Source: Armatimonadota bacterium
GTDB taxonomy: Bacteria; Armatimonadota; UBA10988
Reading direction: 5' to 3'
Assembly (NCBI GenBank): GCA_016235455.1
Contig: JACRKZ010000079.1
Location: forward strand, 8,476 to 72,475
DNA length: 64,000 bases
Both the position numbers and the translations under genes were made by a program. Positions 46,759 to 56,600 of the stretch are shown in pieces; positions within the stretch are counted from its first letter, which is position 1; the number at the start of each line of letters is the position of its first letter. A model generated the notes under the pieces. That model saw only the letters and a program-made list of their open reading frames with translations, was not told where the DNA came from and did not search any database.

Positions 46759-49392
46759 TCAATTGAGATGCGTCGAGTCGAGTGGCGCCCAACGGTCCAA
46801 AGCCGCCACCACGTCCGCGGGCCGCACTGGCTTGGCCAGGTAGTCGTCCATGCCGCAGTCCAGGCACGTCTCGCGATCGCCGGCCAGCGCGTTGGCCGTC
46901 ATGGCGACGATGGGCAGGTGGCCCGAGCCAGAGGCGGCCTCGCGATCGCGAATGGCGCGCGTGGCGTCGTAGCCGTCCATATTGGGCATCTGGCAGTCCA
47001 TTAGCAGGACATCCCAGTCACCGCTGGCCGCCGCGGCCACGGCCTCCACGCCATCGGCGGCGATGGTCACCTGGCAGCCCATCTTCTCCAGCAGTCGCGT
47101 GATGACTTTCTGGTTGACAGCGTTGTCCTCGGCCACGAGCACCCGCCGCGCAGCGGCGCTGGCCGGGGTCTCCTCGGGTGTGGCCGCGGACGTCGCGGAC
47201 GTCGCGGGCGAGGGGCTGGGCGTGGCGGGCGCGAGCGTGGTAGCCAGCGCGTGCTGCAGTTGCGACATGCGCACGGGCTTGGCCAGGTAGGCCGAGAAGC
47301 CCAACTCCAGCATGCGCTCGGCGTCCTCGCGGCGGCCGTGCGAGGTCAGCATGATCAGCTTGACGTCGTCGAGCGCCGCCTCGGCCCGAATGCGCCGGCC
47401 CAGCATCTCACCGTCCAGGCCCGGCATCATGTGGTCGAGCAGCGCGACCGCGTATGGCCGGCCCTCGGCCTTGGCCGCCAGCAACAGGGCGATGGCCGCG
47501 TTCGGATCCTCGCTGCTGTCGCGCTCCACACCCCAGCGTCCGAGTTGCTCGGACAGGACGAAGCGGTTGACCTCGTTGTCGTCAATGATCAGCGCGCGCA
47601 CCCCGCGCAGGTCGATGGATGCTGGCGGCGGCTCATCTTCGAGGTGCGTCTCGGGCAGGGGCAGCGAGGCCCAGAACGTGGACCCCTCGCCCACCCGGCT
47701 GATGCCCAGCACCGTGCCGCCCATCAGCTCGGCCAGGCGCCGGCAGATGGCCAGGCCCAGGCCCGTGCCGCCGTGCGAGCGCGTGGTCGTGTTGTCGGCC
47801 TGCTCGAATTCGCCGAAGATGGCCTCGATGCGGTCCTCGGGGATGCCGACCCCCGTGTCCTGCACCTCAATGCGCAGCCGCTGCTCAGCCCCGGCCGTGC
47901 CAGTCTCCCGCGACACGCTGATGAGCACGTGCCCTTGCCGCGTGAACTTGATGGCATTGCCCACCAGATTGAGCAGGATCTGGCGTACGCGGCCCGGGTC
48001 GCCCACCACGCCGGGCGCAATGTCGGGCGTATAGCGCACGATCAGGTCGATGCCCTGCTGGTCCGCCTTGACCGCCAGCAGGTCGGCCACGTCGGAGACG
48101 GCCTGGCGCAGGTCGAAGGGCACGCGCTCGACCGCCAGCTTGCCCGCCTCGATCTTGGAGAAGTCCAGAATGTCGTTGAGCACGGTGAGCAGCGCTTCGG
48201 CCGAGGCGTGGATGGTGCGCGCGTAGTCGGTCTGCTCGGCATCCAGGTGGGTCTGCAGCAGCAACGCCGTCATGCCCAGCACGCCGTTCATCGGCGTGCG
48301 AATCTCGTGGCTCATGTTGGCCAGGAACGCGCCCTTGGCCTCGGCGGCGGCCTGCGCGGCGGCCAGCGCCTCCTGCAACTGGGCCTCGGCGGCGATGCGC
48401 TGCTCGACCTCCGCGCGCAGCTCACCGCGCTGGTCGAAGTGCGTCTTGACCAACGCCGCGAGCTGACCGAACTCGGTCGGGTCGTCGCGCAGCCGGTCGA
48501 GGGGGCGTTCATCGTCTTGGGCCAGGCTGGCCGTGATGGCCCGCAAGGGGCGCCGCACCCAGCGATGCAGGCCAGCGAGCAGCAGCAGCAGCATGGTCAC
48601 GGCCGAGATGCCCAGCAGCCAGAGCTCGGAGCGACGGCTGGCCGCGAAGACCGCGACCACGTCGGCTGTGGACCGCACCCACAGCGTGGCGACGGGCTGC
48701 TCGGCCCAGTCGCGGAACACGCACGTGACCACGACCCTGCCGTCGGCGCCGATGGTGCAGCCGTCGGCCTCGCCATCGTAGGGGCTGATCCTGGCCTCCG
48801 CCTGACAGTACGTCGAGAGATCGACCAGGTGGCCCTGGTCCCACCGGTGCGCCGCCACGAAGTAGCCACGGGGAGCCAGTCGCCGATCCGCATCGGCGGT
48901 GGTCGTGACACCCGCGCCGGCGCACTCCAGGAGGCCGGCCGACGTGCGCCAGAAGAACCGGGCGACGGAGCGGCGCGCCATCAGCGCCCGCACGACTGCC
49001 GGCGGCAGGGCTTGGGCAGTCGGGGCAACCTCGCCACCTGAACTCATCCGCGCGGCCAACAGCGTGCCATCGGGTCGGTAGATCCACCAGCCGGCCGACC
49101 CAAATGTCTTCAGAGACGGATCGAGGTTCTCATCCATCCACTGCGTGGAGGGCGCCGCCACCTGCCGCACCATGTCGTCCCACCAGGAGTAGTCCGCGGC
49201 GTGGCTTTCCACGCGCTCGCCCAGCAGCGTAGTGATGCGGCGCACCGCCGTCTGGCGCTCCGCGGCCCAGGCCGTGCGCAGGCTGACCATGCGCCGGTCG
49301 TGGCCCTGCTTGACCACGACGAGGACCAGCGCGTTGACGGCCATGACCGCCAGAGCCAGAATCAGCAGCCGGGTTTCCGTTCGGCGCAGCAA
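46759..49392 (-). CDS. Hybrid sensor histidine kinase (CHASE4-like sensor, HisKA, HATPase, two REC domains)
   Basis: TM-DYSWWDD...-TM; [15 protein letters not shown]; [23 protein letters not shown]; REC1 LLDHMMP; REC2 LMDCQMP; TTG start with GGAGG. Confidence 0.92.
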   Translation of the reverse strand: MLRRTETRLLILALAVMAVNALVLVVVKQGHDRRMVSLRTAWAAERQTAVRRITTLLGERVESHAADYSWWDDMVRQVAAPSTQWMDENLDPSLKTFGSAGWWIYRPDGTLLAARMSSGGEVAPTAQALPPAVVRALMARRSVARFFWRTSAGLLECAGAGVTTTADADRRLAPRGYFVAAHRWDQGHLVDLSTYCQAEARISPYDGEADGCTIGADGRVVVTCVFRDWAEQPVATLWVRSTADVVAVFAASRRSELWLLGISAVTMLLLLLAGLHRWVRRPLRAITASLAQDDERPLDRLRDDPTEFGQLAALVKTHFDQRGELRAEVEQRIAAEAQLQEALAAAQAAAEAKGAFLANMSHEIRTPMNGVLGMTALLLQTHLDAEQTDYARTIHASAEALLTVLNDILDFSKIEAGKLAVERVPFDLRQAVSDVADLLAVKADQQGIDLIVRYTPDIAPGVVGDPGRVRQILLNLVGNAIKFTRQGHVLISVSRETGTAGAEQRLRIEVQDTGVGIPEDRIEAIFGEFEQADNTTTRSHGGTGLGLAICRRLAELMGGTVLGISRVGEGSTFWASLPLPETHLEDEPPPASIDLRGVRALIIDDNEVNRFVLSEQLGRWGVERDSSEDPNAAIALLLAAKAEGRPYAVALLDHMMPGLDGEMLGRRIRAEAALDDVKLIMLTSHGRREDAERMLELGFSAYLAKPVRMSQLQHALATTLAPATPSPSPATSATSAATPEETPASAAARRVLVAEDNAVNQKVITRLLEKMGCQVTIAADGVEAVAAAASGDWDVLLMDCQMPNMDGYDATRAIRDREAASGSGHLPIVAMTANALAGDRETCLDCGMDDYLAKPVRPADVVAALDRWAPLDSTHLN

Positions 49393-49485
49393 AGGTGCCT
49401 CCGCTCGGCAGTCAGCCTACCACAATCGAGCGTCGACGCAGGAGTGGGCATGTCATGCTCGAATATCGGCCACCTGGAGCGTTTC

Positions 49486-51656
49486 ATGAGTCCTCGGCTG
49501 GTAACAACTGCTCTCATGCTGGTCGGCGCCGGCTGCGCCGCCGCCGCCGCCCGCACCGTGCCGGCCCCACTGCCCGACCACCGCGGCCATGTCTGGCTGG
49601 CGGGTGAGACGGTCGAACTGAGCGCGCCCGCCGATGCGGCGCGCTGGGTGGTCGTCGACATTGCCGGCCGGACCGTCGCCGAGGGCACCCCGACCGGCCG
49701 CGTCGTGCTGGGCCAGCCCGCCGTGGGCTACTACGAGCTGCGCGGCCTGGCCGCCGACGGCGCCGTGCGATCGCGCTCGGGGCTGGCCGTGCTGAACCGC
49801 CTCGTTGCGCCCACGCCCGAGGACTCGCCGATCTCCATCGATGTGGCCACGGCCTGGTTCTACCAGCGCGACCAGCTGGAGTTGATCGCCAACCAGTGCG
49901 CCCTGGCCGGCGTCAACTGGGTGCGTGACCGACTGACCTGGGGCGCGGTCGAGACCCAGCGCGGGCAGCTGGCCGAGCACACGCTGTATGACGACACCGC
50001 TGCCGTGATGACCGCGGCGGGCCTCAAGTCCCTGCAGGTCTTCCATGGCTCGCCGGCCTGGACCGGCCAGACCGACGGTCGCCGCATGGCGCCCGACCTG
50101 CGCGATGTCTACAACTTCCAGAAGGCCTTCGCGGCGCGCTGGAAAGGCCAGGTCCTGGCCTGGGAGCCGTGGAACGAAGCCGAGATTGACGGCTTTGGCG
50201 GGCACACCGGGCTGGAGATGGCCAGTTGGCAGAAGGCCGCCTACTGGGGCCTGCGCGCCGGCTCGCCGGAGGCGCTGGTGTGCCACAACGTCTTTGCCCA
50301 CTGGCGTACGGACACCATGGCCGACGTGTTCGCCAACGAGTCCTTCGCCTACTGCGACACCTTCAACTTTCATCATTACAGTCCTATCGACAGCCTGGCC
50401 GACACCTACCGGCGCTTCGCCTCGGTCAGCGGCGGTCGGCCGCTGTGGGTGTCCGAGGCGGGCACCCACCCCAGGTGGACCGGCGACGACAAGGAAAAGG
50501 AGCCCACAGAGCCCGAACTGCAGCGCCAGGCGCAGTTCGTCACGCAGTGCTACGCCACCAGCATCGCCGAGGGGTCGGTGGCCACGTTCTTCTTTGTCTT
50601 CCCCAACTACGCCGAAGGTGACATCCAGTTCGGCCTGACGCGGCGCGACCTGAGCCCGCGGCCCGGCTACGTGGCTATGGCCGCCGCCGGTCGGCTGCTC
50701 GCCGGCGCCAAGCCGCTGGGCCGGGTGCCTTCCGAGACGCGTGGCGACCTGCGGCTGTGCGCCTTCGACGCGCGACCCGATGGCCAGCCGAAGACCGTGG
50801 TCGTGGCCTGGTCGGCGGGCGCGCCGGTGGATCTGCCCAACTGGGCCCACGCCCGCGTGGCCTTCGACCACTTCGGCCGCTCCATCGAGCCGCCGGCCCG
50901 CGTCGGCGCCGATCCGGTCTACCTGCTGCTCGACCCGGGTGCCGAGCTGAAGGTCACGCGACGGGCACCCGAGCCGCGCGCCCTGGTCGTGCCCAGCCCG
51001 CTGGTGCTGCAGCCCATGCCGCCCGCCGAGAAGCGGGTCGTGGATCGTTCCGCCACCGCCATCGAGCCCGGCACAACGCAGCCGTTGCCGGTCTTCGCCT
51101 ACAACTTCTCGGCAAAGCCGATCACCACCACGGTCAGCGTGGCCTGTGACGCTGGACTGACGGTCAAGCCCGCCCAGCTGCCGTTGACGGTCGCGCCGGG
51201 CGAGCGTGTCGAGTTGAGGTTCGAAGCCGCCGTGTCCGCCGAGCCGCAGGATGTGGGCCGGCTGACCGCGCGGTTCGAGGCCACAGCCGACACCACCCGC
51301 GCCGTGGCGGTGGCCGGCTATCTGGTGCCGCTGAGCGCGCTCAAGCCCCGCGCGCGCCTGGCTGTACCCGGCGCGGCGGAGGCCGCCAACTGGCGCACCA
51401 TGAACAGCCCCGGCAAGATGACCATCGAGCCGGCCGAGGGCGCCGACGGCGGCGTGCTGGTGACCGCTACGCTGGACGGGCCTACCAGGCGGCGTTGCGG
51501 TTCACGGACATGAGCTGGGGCGCCTGGAGCAAGGCCGACACCAACGACCGCATCGATCCCGAGGCCTTCGCGGCGTTCAAGATCGGCCTCAACACCAAGG
51601 TGGCCAAGGTCCGCTACATCATCCGCGACGTGGCCTGGGTGCGCTTCAAACCATAA
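49486..51656 (+). pseudogene. Secreted clan GH-A glycoside hydrolase (GH39/GH5-like) with frameshifted and apparently deleted C-terminal domain
   Basis: Start MSPRLVTT at 49486; NWVRDRLTW, WEPWNEAE, FNFHHY, PLWVSEAG. Frame ends at 51513, but a coherent C-terminus AYQAALRFTDMSWGAWSKADTNDRIDPE...WVRFKP* continues in the -1 frame to TAA 51656. Catalytic domain intact; could be an assembly error. Confidence 0.65.
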
Positions 51657-52476
51657 CGTGGCCGCCGAGTTCGGCCACCAGATCAGGGTGCCACGGCAAC
51701 GCCAGTTCGACACGCGGCGCGGGCTCGATGGGCGCCACCGGCAGGTCCGGCAGGCCGGCCAGCTGCTGCGTGTAGACCAGTTCGGCCAGCGGCCGCAATC
51801 CGACTACGTCCTCGGCGCAGTAGCGCAGCAGCGTGGGCAGAGCGCGCGCGTCGCCGCGCTGGTGGCGCTGCCAGAGCAGCACGGCCATGAACCCGTCGAC
51901 CGCCAGCAGCTCGCTGTCACGGCCTAGGCCGGTCGTCTGCTCAATGACCTTGAGCCCGCCCGAGTAGCCCAGTGCGCGCAGCGGGTAGCGCAAGTCGAGA
52001 TGCACCGGCGGCAGCCACAAACCGGGCATGGTAGCGCGCAGGAACGGCAGGTCGAAGCTGGCGCCGTTGTAGGTGATGACCATCTCGAAGTCGCGCAGGT
52101 AGTCGCGCAGCAGATGCAGGTTGTCATCGCGCACGAAGAGCGACACCTCGGCTCCGTCGTAGCAGCCGACCACGGTGACCACGTCGCGATCCGAGCTGAG
52201 CCCCGTGGTTTCGATGTCCAGGTAGACCGCGCGCTCGCGCAACTCGCCGTACCAGCGCCAGGCGGAGCCGCCGGAAGTGATGGACGAGAACCAGCCGAAG
52301 TCGCGCCGCCCCAGCGCCTCCAGCGACGCCTCGGCCCGCGCGGCCAACGGCCCCACGCGCGGTACGACGCGATCGCTGGCCAAGGCGTGCTCCCACGTCA
52401 GGATACCGTCGGCCCACAACTTCCGCTCGCTGCTCGATCCAATGCCCTGCAGATGGCAGAAGGTGCTCCGTATCAC
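51646..52476 (-). CDS. YprB-like (RNase_H_2) DEDD exonuclease with N-terminal HhH-like motif
   Basis: HLQGIGSSSERKLW; YLDIETTGL, ITYNGASFDLPFL, HLDL, GGLKVIE, YCAEDV. Confidence 0.85.
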   Translation of the reverse strand: MIRSTFCHLQGIGSSSERKLWADGILTWEHALASDRVVPRVGPLAARAEASLEALGRRDFGWFSSITSGGSAWRWYGELRERAVYLDIETTGLSSDRDVVTVVGCYDGAEVSLFVRDDNLHLLRDYLRDFEMVITYNGASFDLPFLRATMPGLWLPPVHLDLRYPLRALGYSGGLKVIEQTTGLGRDSELLAVDGFMAVLLWQRHQRGDARALPTLLRYCAEDVVGLRPLAELVYTQQLAGLPDLPVAPIEPAPRVELALPWHPDLVAELGGHVMV

Positions 52477-53432
52477 GTCGCCTCGCTTGTCACCGTGCCC
52501 AGGTCATAGAAGACGATGCGGTTGCGCCCCTGCTTCTTGGCCTGGTAGAGCGCCTTGTCGGCGTCGTCGAGCACCTGCTGCACCGAACGGTCGTTGGCCG
52601 GCGACATCACCGTGACTCCACCCGAGATGGTCACCACCTCGCCGGGCCCACGACCCTCGTGCGGGATGAGCATGGCCTCCACGGCGGCGCGGATGCGCTC
52701 CATGGCGATGGCGCCGCGGTCAGCGGTCTGTTCGGGGAAGACCAGCAGGAACTCCTCGCCGCCGTAGCGGTAGACTTCGTCGCCGGTGCGCGCCTGGCCA
52801 CGCAGGCACTGAGCCACCGCGCGCAGGCAGTTGTCGCCCTCGCCGTGGCCGTACGTGTCGTTGTACTTCTTGAAGAAGTCGATGTCGACCAGCGCCAGGC
52901 AGTAGGTGTGACCGTAGCGCACGATGCGCGAGTGGATGGAGGCCAGGTCCTCCTCCATGCGCAGTCGGTTGCTCACGCCGGTCAGGCGGTCCACGCGGCC
53001 GGTCTCGTAGAGGATGCGGTTGAGGCGCTCGAGCTCCGCGGTCTGCTCGCGCATGCGCCGGTGCAGGCTGACGATGCGCTCGGCGGCGATGAGCTTGGCT
53101 TTGAGCGCGTCGCGGTCCAGCGGCTTGGTCAGGTAGTCATCGGCACCCGACTCCATGCCGGCGACGTAGTCTTCCTTCTTGCTCAGCGCCGTCAGCAGCA
53201 CCACGTACGTGTAATGCGTCTGCTCCAGGGAGCGCAGCCTGCGGACGAGCTCGATGCCGTCGAGTTCCGGCATCATCCAGTCCGTGACGAGTACGTCGAA
53301 CTCGCTGTCTTGGAGGAGGAGCCACGCCTCGGCGCCGTCGGTCGCCACGCGGCATTGGTGGCCAAGCTGTTCCAGGCAGCGCGTCAGGAGGATGCGCGAG
53401 ATGTTGTCGTCTTCGGCAACCAGGATGCGCAT
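52473..53432 (-). CDS. Response-regulator diguanylate cyclase (REC-GGDEF)
   Basis: REC AEDD...TDWMMP...YLTKP; DRLTG, DIDFFKKYNDTYGH, I-site RTGD, active site GGEEF, ADKALYQAK. Confidence 0.95.
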   Translation of the reverse strand: MRILVAEDDNISRILLTRCLEQLGHQCRVATDGAEAWLLLQDSEFDVLVTDWMMPELDGIELVRRLRSLEQTHYTYVVLLTALSKKEDYVAGMESGADDYLTKPLDRDALKAKLIAAERIVSLHRRMREQTAELERLNRILYETGRVDRLTGVSNRLRMEEDLASIHSRIVRYGHTYCLALVDIDFFKKYNDTYGHGEGDNCLRAVAQCLRGQARTGDEVYRYGGEEFLLVFPEQTADRGAIAMERIRAAVEAMLIPHEGRGPGEVVTISGGVTVMSPANDRSVQQVLDDADKALYQAKKQGRNRIVFYDLGTVTSEAT

Positions 53433-53558
53433 TCGGGACCCGTTTCTCCAGGCACGTGCAGCTAGCCAGTGCCGGCAATTGTAGTCAGCCCTGCGCGCCG
53501 GGTCAACCGCGCCCCTGCTCTACCAGACACGCGCGGCGTAACAAAGTTGGATTTGGTC

Positions 53559-53564
53559 TATAAT
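53559..53564 (+). promoter_or_regulatory. Consensus -10 box
   Basis: TATAAT in an AT-rich patch, 17 nt upstream of ATG 53582. Confidence 0.5.
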
Positions 53565-53581
53565 CGCGCCCGAGAACAAAC

Positions 53582-55681
53582 ATGGGTCTGTACGCGGTCA
53601 CGATCTTCCTCAGCGCTTTTCTGCTGTTCGGTGTTCAGCCAATGCTCGGCCGGTACATCCTGCCCTGGTACGGCGGCACCCCCGCCGTGTGGACCACGTG
53701 CATGCTGTTCTTCCAGGTCTGTCTGGTCGGCGGCTACTTCTACTCGCACGGCCTGATCAGCCGGCTCTCGGCGCGCAACCAGGGCCGCGTGCACCTGGCT
53801 GTGTTGATCGTCTCGCTGCTCCTGCTGCCCGTGACACCGTCGGTGTCGTGGAAGCCGGTGGTGGCCGGTGACCCGACGCTGCGCATCCTGTTGCTGCTGG
53901 CCAGCACCGTCGGCTTGCCGTACCTGGTGCTCTCCACCACGGGCCCGCTGGTGCAGGGCTGGTTCGCCCGCACGTACCCGGGCCGCTCGCCGTATCGACT
54001 CTACTCGCTCTCCAACATCGGCTCGCTGCTGGCGCTTATCACCTACCCGCTGGTGACCGAGCGCCTGCTCCGGCTCAACCCGCAGACCTACGTGTGGTCC
54101 GCCGGCTATGCGCTGTTCGCCGTGCTCTGCGGCACGCTCGCCGTGCTCGTCAGCCGGTCGGCCGAGTGCGCTGAGCCAGCGACAGAGAGCGCCGCGGCCC
54201 CGGCCGACGACGAGACGCGACCCAGCCCGGTAACCATCCTCTTCTGGTTGCTGCTCTCCGCCTGCGGCTCCTGGCTGCTGCTGGCCACCACCAACCAGCT
54301 CTGCCAGGACGTGGCGGTCGTGCCCTTCCTGTGGGTGGCGCCGCTGAGCCTGTACCTTATATCGTTCATCATCTGCTTCGACAAGGAGCAGTGGTACCAC
54401 CGCGGCGTCTACGGCACGCTCCTGGCGGTGGCGCTGCTGCTGGGCACCTACCTGCTGCATCGCGGGCTCAAGGTCAACATCGTCTACCAGATCCCCGCCT
54501 ACTGCTTCGTCATGTTCGTCGGCTGCATGTCCGCGCACGGCGAGCTGGTGCGCTTGCGGCCCGGCGCGCGCCACTTGACACTGTTCTACCTGATGGTCTC
54601 GGTCGGCGGCGCGCTCAGCGGCATCGCCATCGCGCTGCTGGCGCCGCGCTGGTTCTCGGGTTTCTACGAGTACCAGATCGGCCTGGTCGGCGGCTGGCTG
54701 CTGTTCACCGCGGTGCTGGCGCGTGAGACGCACCTGCGCATGGCCGCTGGCGACCTGCCGGGCAAGGACGGCTTCATGCGCGTCGCCTTCCTGTCGGCCT
54801 GCGCGCTGCTCGGCTCGACGGTCGGCTACTACCTCTATGGCGAGGTGCGCGATGACGACGCGGACGTACTGGCCCAGAAGCGCAACTTCTACGGCGTCCT
54901 GCGCGTGTCGGAGTACGACAAGGGCAAGGAGGCGGCCAAGCTCTCGCTGCGCCACGGACGCATCCTCCACGGCTTCCAGTTCGAGGCGGCCAAGCGCCGC
55001 GCCTGGCGCACCAGCTACTACTCGAGCGGCAGCGGCGCCGGCCTGGCCCTGGAGCACTTCCCCACCCAGCCCAAGCGCGTGGGTGTGATCGGCCTGGGCA
55101 CGGGCGCGCTCGCCGCCTACGCCGAAGCTGGCGACAGCTTCGTCTTCTACGACATCAACCCCGACGTGGTGCAGATCACCTCGCGCTACTTCACCTACGT
55201 GCAGGACGCCCAGGCGCGCGGCGCTCAGGTGCGCATCGATCAGGGCGACGCCCGCATCACCATGGAGCAGCAACTGGCCAGCGGCCAGGCGCAGCAGTTC
55301 GATGTGTTGCTGGTCGACGCCTTCAGCGGCGACGCCGTGCCGGTCCACCTGCTTACTCGGGAGTGCATCGAGCTGTACTGGAAGCACCTGAAGCCCGACG
55401 GTGTACTGGCCATCCACATCAGCAACCGCTACATCAACCTGCGCCCGGTGTGCCGCGCCCTGGGCGACAGCTGTGGCCGGCAAGCGCTGCTCATCCGCAA
55501 CGACGGCGACGACGCCACCGGCGTGGTCATGAGCGACTGGGTGCTGCTGACCAACAACCGCTGGTTCACCGCCGACGGCAAAGTGCGCGAGTCGACCACC
55601 GCCTGTGACAACACGGACAAGCCCCTGGTGTGGACCGACGACTTCTCGAACCTGTACTCGGTGCTCAAACGACCCAGGTAG
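53582..55681 (+). CDS. Fused multi-TM membrane domain / spermidine-synthase-like SAM-dependent protein
   Basis: FLSAFLLFGVQP...FFQ, PYRLYSLSNIGS, HGELVRLRP; C-terminal RNFYGVL, HGRILHG, VIGLGTG, YDINP, GDAR, VDAFSGDAVPVHLLTRE, WTDDFSN. Confidence 0.88.
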   Translation: MGLYAVTIFLSAFLLFGVQPMLGRYILPWYGGTPAVWTTCMLFFQVCLVGGYFYSHGLISRLSARNQGRVHLAVLIVSLLLLPVTPSVSWKPVVAGDPTLRILLLLASTVGLPYLVLSTTGPLVQGWFARTYPGRSPYRLYSLSNIGSLLALITYPLVTERLLRLNPQTYVWSAGYALFAVLCGTLAVLVSRSAECAEPATESAAAPADDETRPSPVTILFWLLLSACGSWLLLATTNQLCQDVAVVPFLWVAPLSLYLISFIICFDKEQWYHRGVYGTLLAVALLLGTYLLHRGLKVNIVYQIPAYCFVMFVGCMSAHGELVRLRPGARHLTLFYLMVSVGGALSGIAIALLAPRWFSGFYEYQIGLVGGWLLFTAVLARETHLRMAAGDLPGKDGFMRVAFLSACALLGSTVGYYLYGEVRDDDADVLAQKRNFYGVLRVSEYDKGKEAAKLSLRHGRILHGFQFEAAKRRAWRTSYYSSGSGAGLALEHFPTQPKRVGVIGLGTGALAAYAEAGDSFVFYDINPDVVQITSRYFTYVQDAQARGAQVRIDQGDARITMEQQLASGQAQQFDVLLVDAFSGDAVPVHLLTRECIELYWKHLKPDGVLAIHISNRYINLRPVCRALGDSCGRQALLIRNDGDDATGVVMSDWVLLTNNRWFTADGKVRESTTACDNTDKPLVWTDDFSNLYSVLKRPR

Positions 55682-55692
55682 GCGCGAGGCCG

Positions 55693-55724
55693 CCGATTCT
55701 TGCGTCAATGTTGCGAAGAATCGG
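55693..55724. promoter_or_regulatory. Inverted repeat (operator-like site or terminator) upstream of the second DUF1559 gene
   Basis: CCGATTCTT-N14-AAGAATCGG, followed by GTTT. Confidence 0.5.
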
Positions 55725-55829
55725 GTTTAGGTATTGCGTTGCATCCGGCTCAGGGTGCAGACTTGGCACGCTACCGCCGCAGGGGCTCCCGCACGGGGAT
55801 CGCGCTATGAGCGGCGAAGGAGGCTGCAC

Positions 55830-56528
55830 ATGATTCATGGTCGGCACCGGCGTGCCTTTACGCTCATCGAACTCCTGGTTGTGGTTGCGATCATCGCCAT
55901 CCTGGCGGCGATCCTGTTCCCGGTCTTCGCCAAGGCTCGGGAGAAGGCGCGCATGTCGAGTTGCCAGTCGAACCTCAAGCAGATCGGCCTGGCCGTGGCG
56001 CAGTATCTGCAGGACTACGACCACAAGTACCCGTGGAACGACGATGTCAACAATGCGTCGACCATGCTCGAGACGCACTGGAACGGTTGGGTCAGCAACG
56101 GCCTGCAGCCGTACATCAAGAACTTCCAGATCTTCGTCTGCCCGTCCAAGGCCCAGGGCTGGGTGCAGCCCCAGACTGGCCAGAACGTCAGCTATTGCTG
56201 GAACTACCGGGCGACCGAAGGCGTGTCCGAGGCGGAAACCGGCAACGCAACCGGCGGCGCATCGCGACTGGCGATCATGTGGGACAGTGCCAACAGCTGG
56301 AACGACAACCCGCCGAACAGCTCCAACGGCCTGATGGCCCGCGACATCTCCTGGTACCTGATCGGCAACCGCAACTGGACCTGCTGGCATCAGGAGAAGA
56401 ACAACTACCTGTTCGCCGACGGCCACGTGAAGCAGGCCGACTGGCGCCAGATGACCTGGGACCAGGTCGAGCTGGAGCAGGCCGGCAGCGTCAACATCAA
56501 CAAGCCCTGCACGAGCCCCTGGCAGTAG
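55830..56528 (+). CDS. DUF1559 prepilin-type N-terminal cleavage/methylation protein with H-X9-DG C-terminal motif
   Basis: AAGGAGG RBS; [70 protein letters not shown]. Confidence 0.93.
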   Translation: MIHGRHRRAFTLIELLVVVAIIAILAAILFPVFAKAREKARMSSCQSNLKQIGLAVAQYLQDYDHKYPWNDDVNNASTMLETHWNGWVSNGLQPYIKNFQIFVCPSKAQGWVQPQTGQNVSYCWNYRATEGVSEAETGNATGGASRLAIMWDSANSWNDNPPNSSNGLMARDISWYLIGNRNWTCWHQEKNNYLFADGHVKQADWRQMTWDQVELEQAGSVNINKPCTSPWQ

Positions 56529-56551
56529 GCCCGGCCGCTGCGTAGGACTTG

Positions 56552-56589
56552 ACCGGCCGGCTCGCCGCGGTGAGCCGGCCGGTTCTTCT
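56552..56589. terminator. Intrinsic terminator between the convergent DUF1559 gene and polA
   Basis: ACCGGCCGGCTC (56552-56563) pairs with GAGCCGGCCGGT (56572-56583), followed by TCTTCT. Confidence 0.75.
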
Positions 56590-56600
56590 ATGGGCAGCGC

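Noticed and set aside
51470-51500. Programmed -1 ribosomal frameshift (also considered at ~62655)
   Set aside because: No X-XXY-YYZ slippery site, and coding sequence appears to be missing at both junctions.
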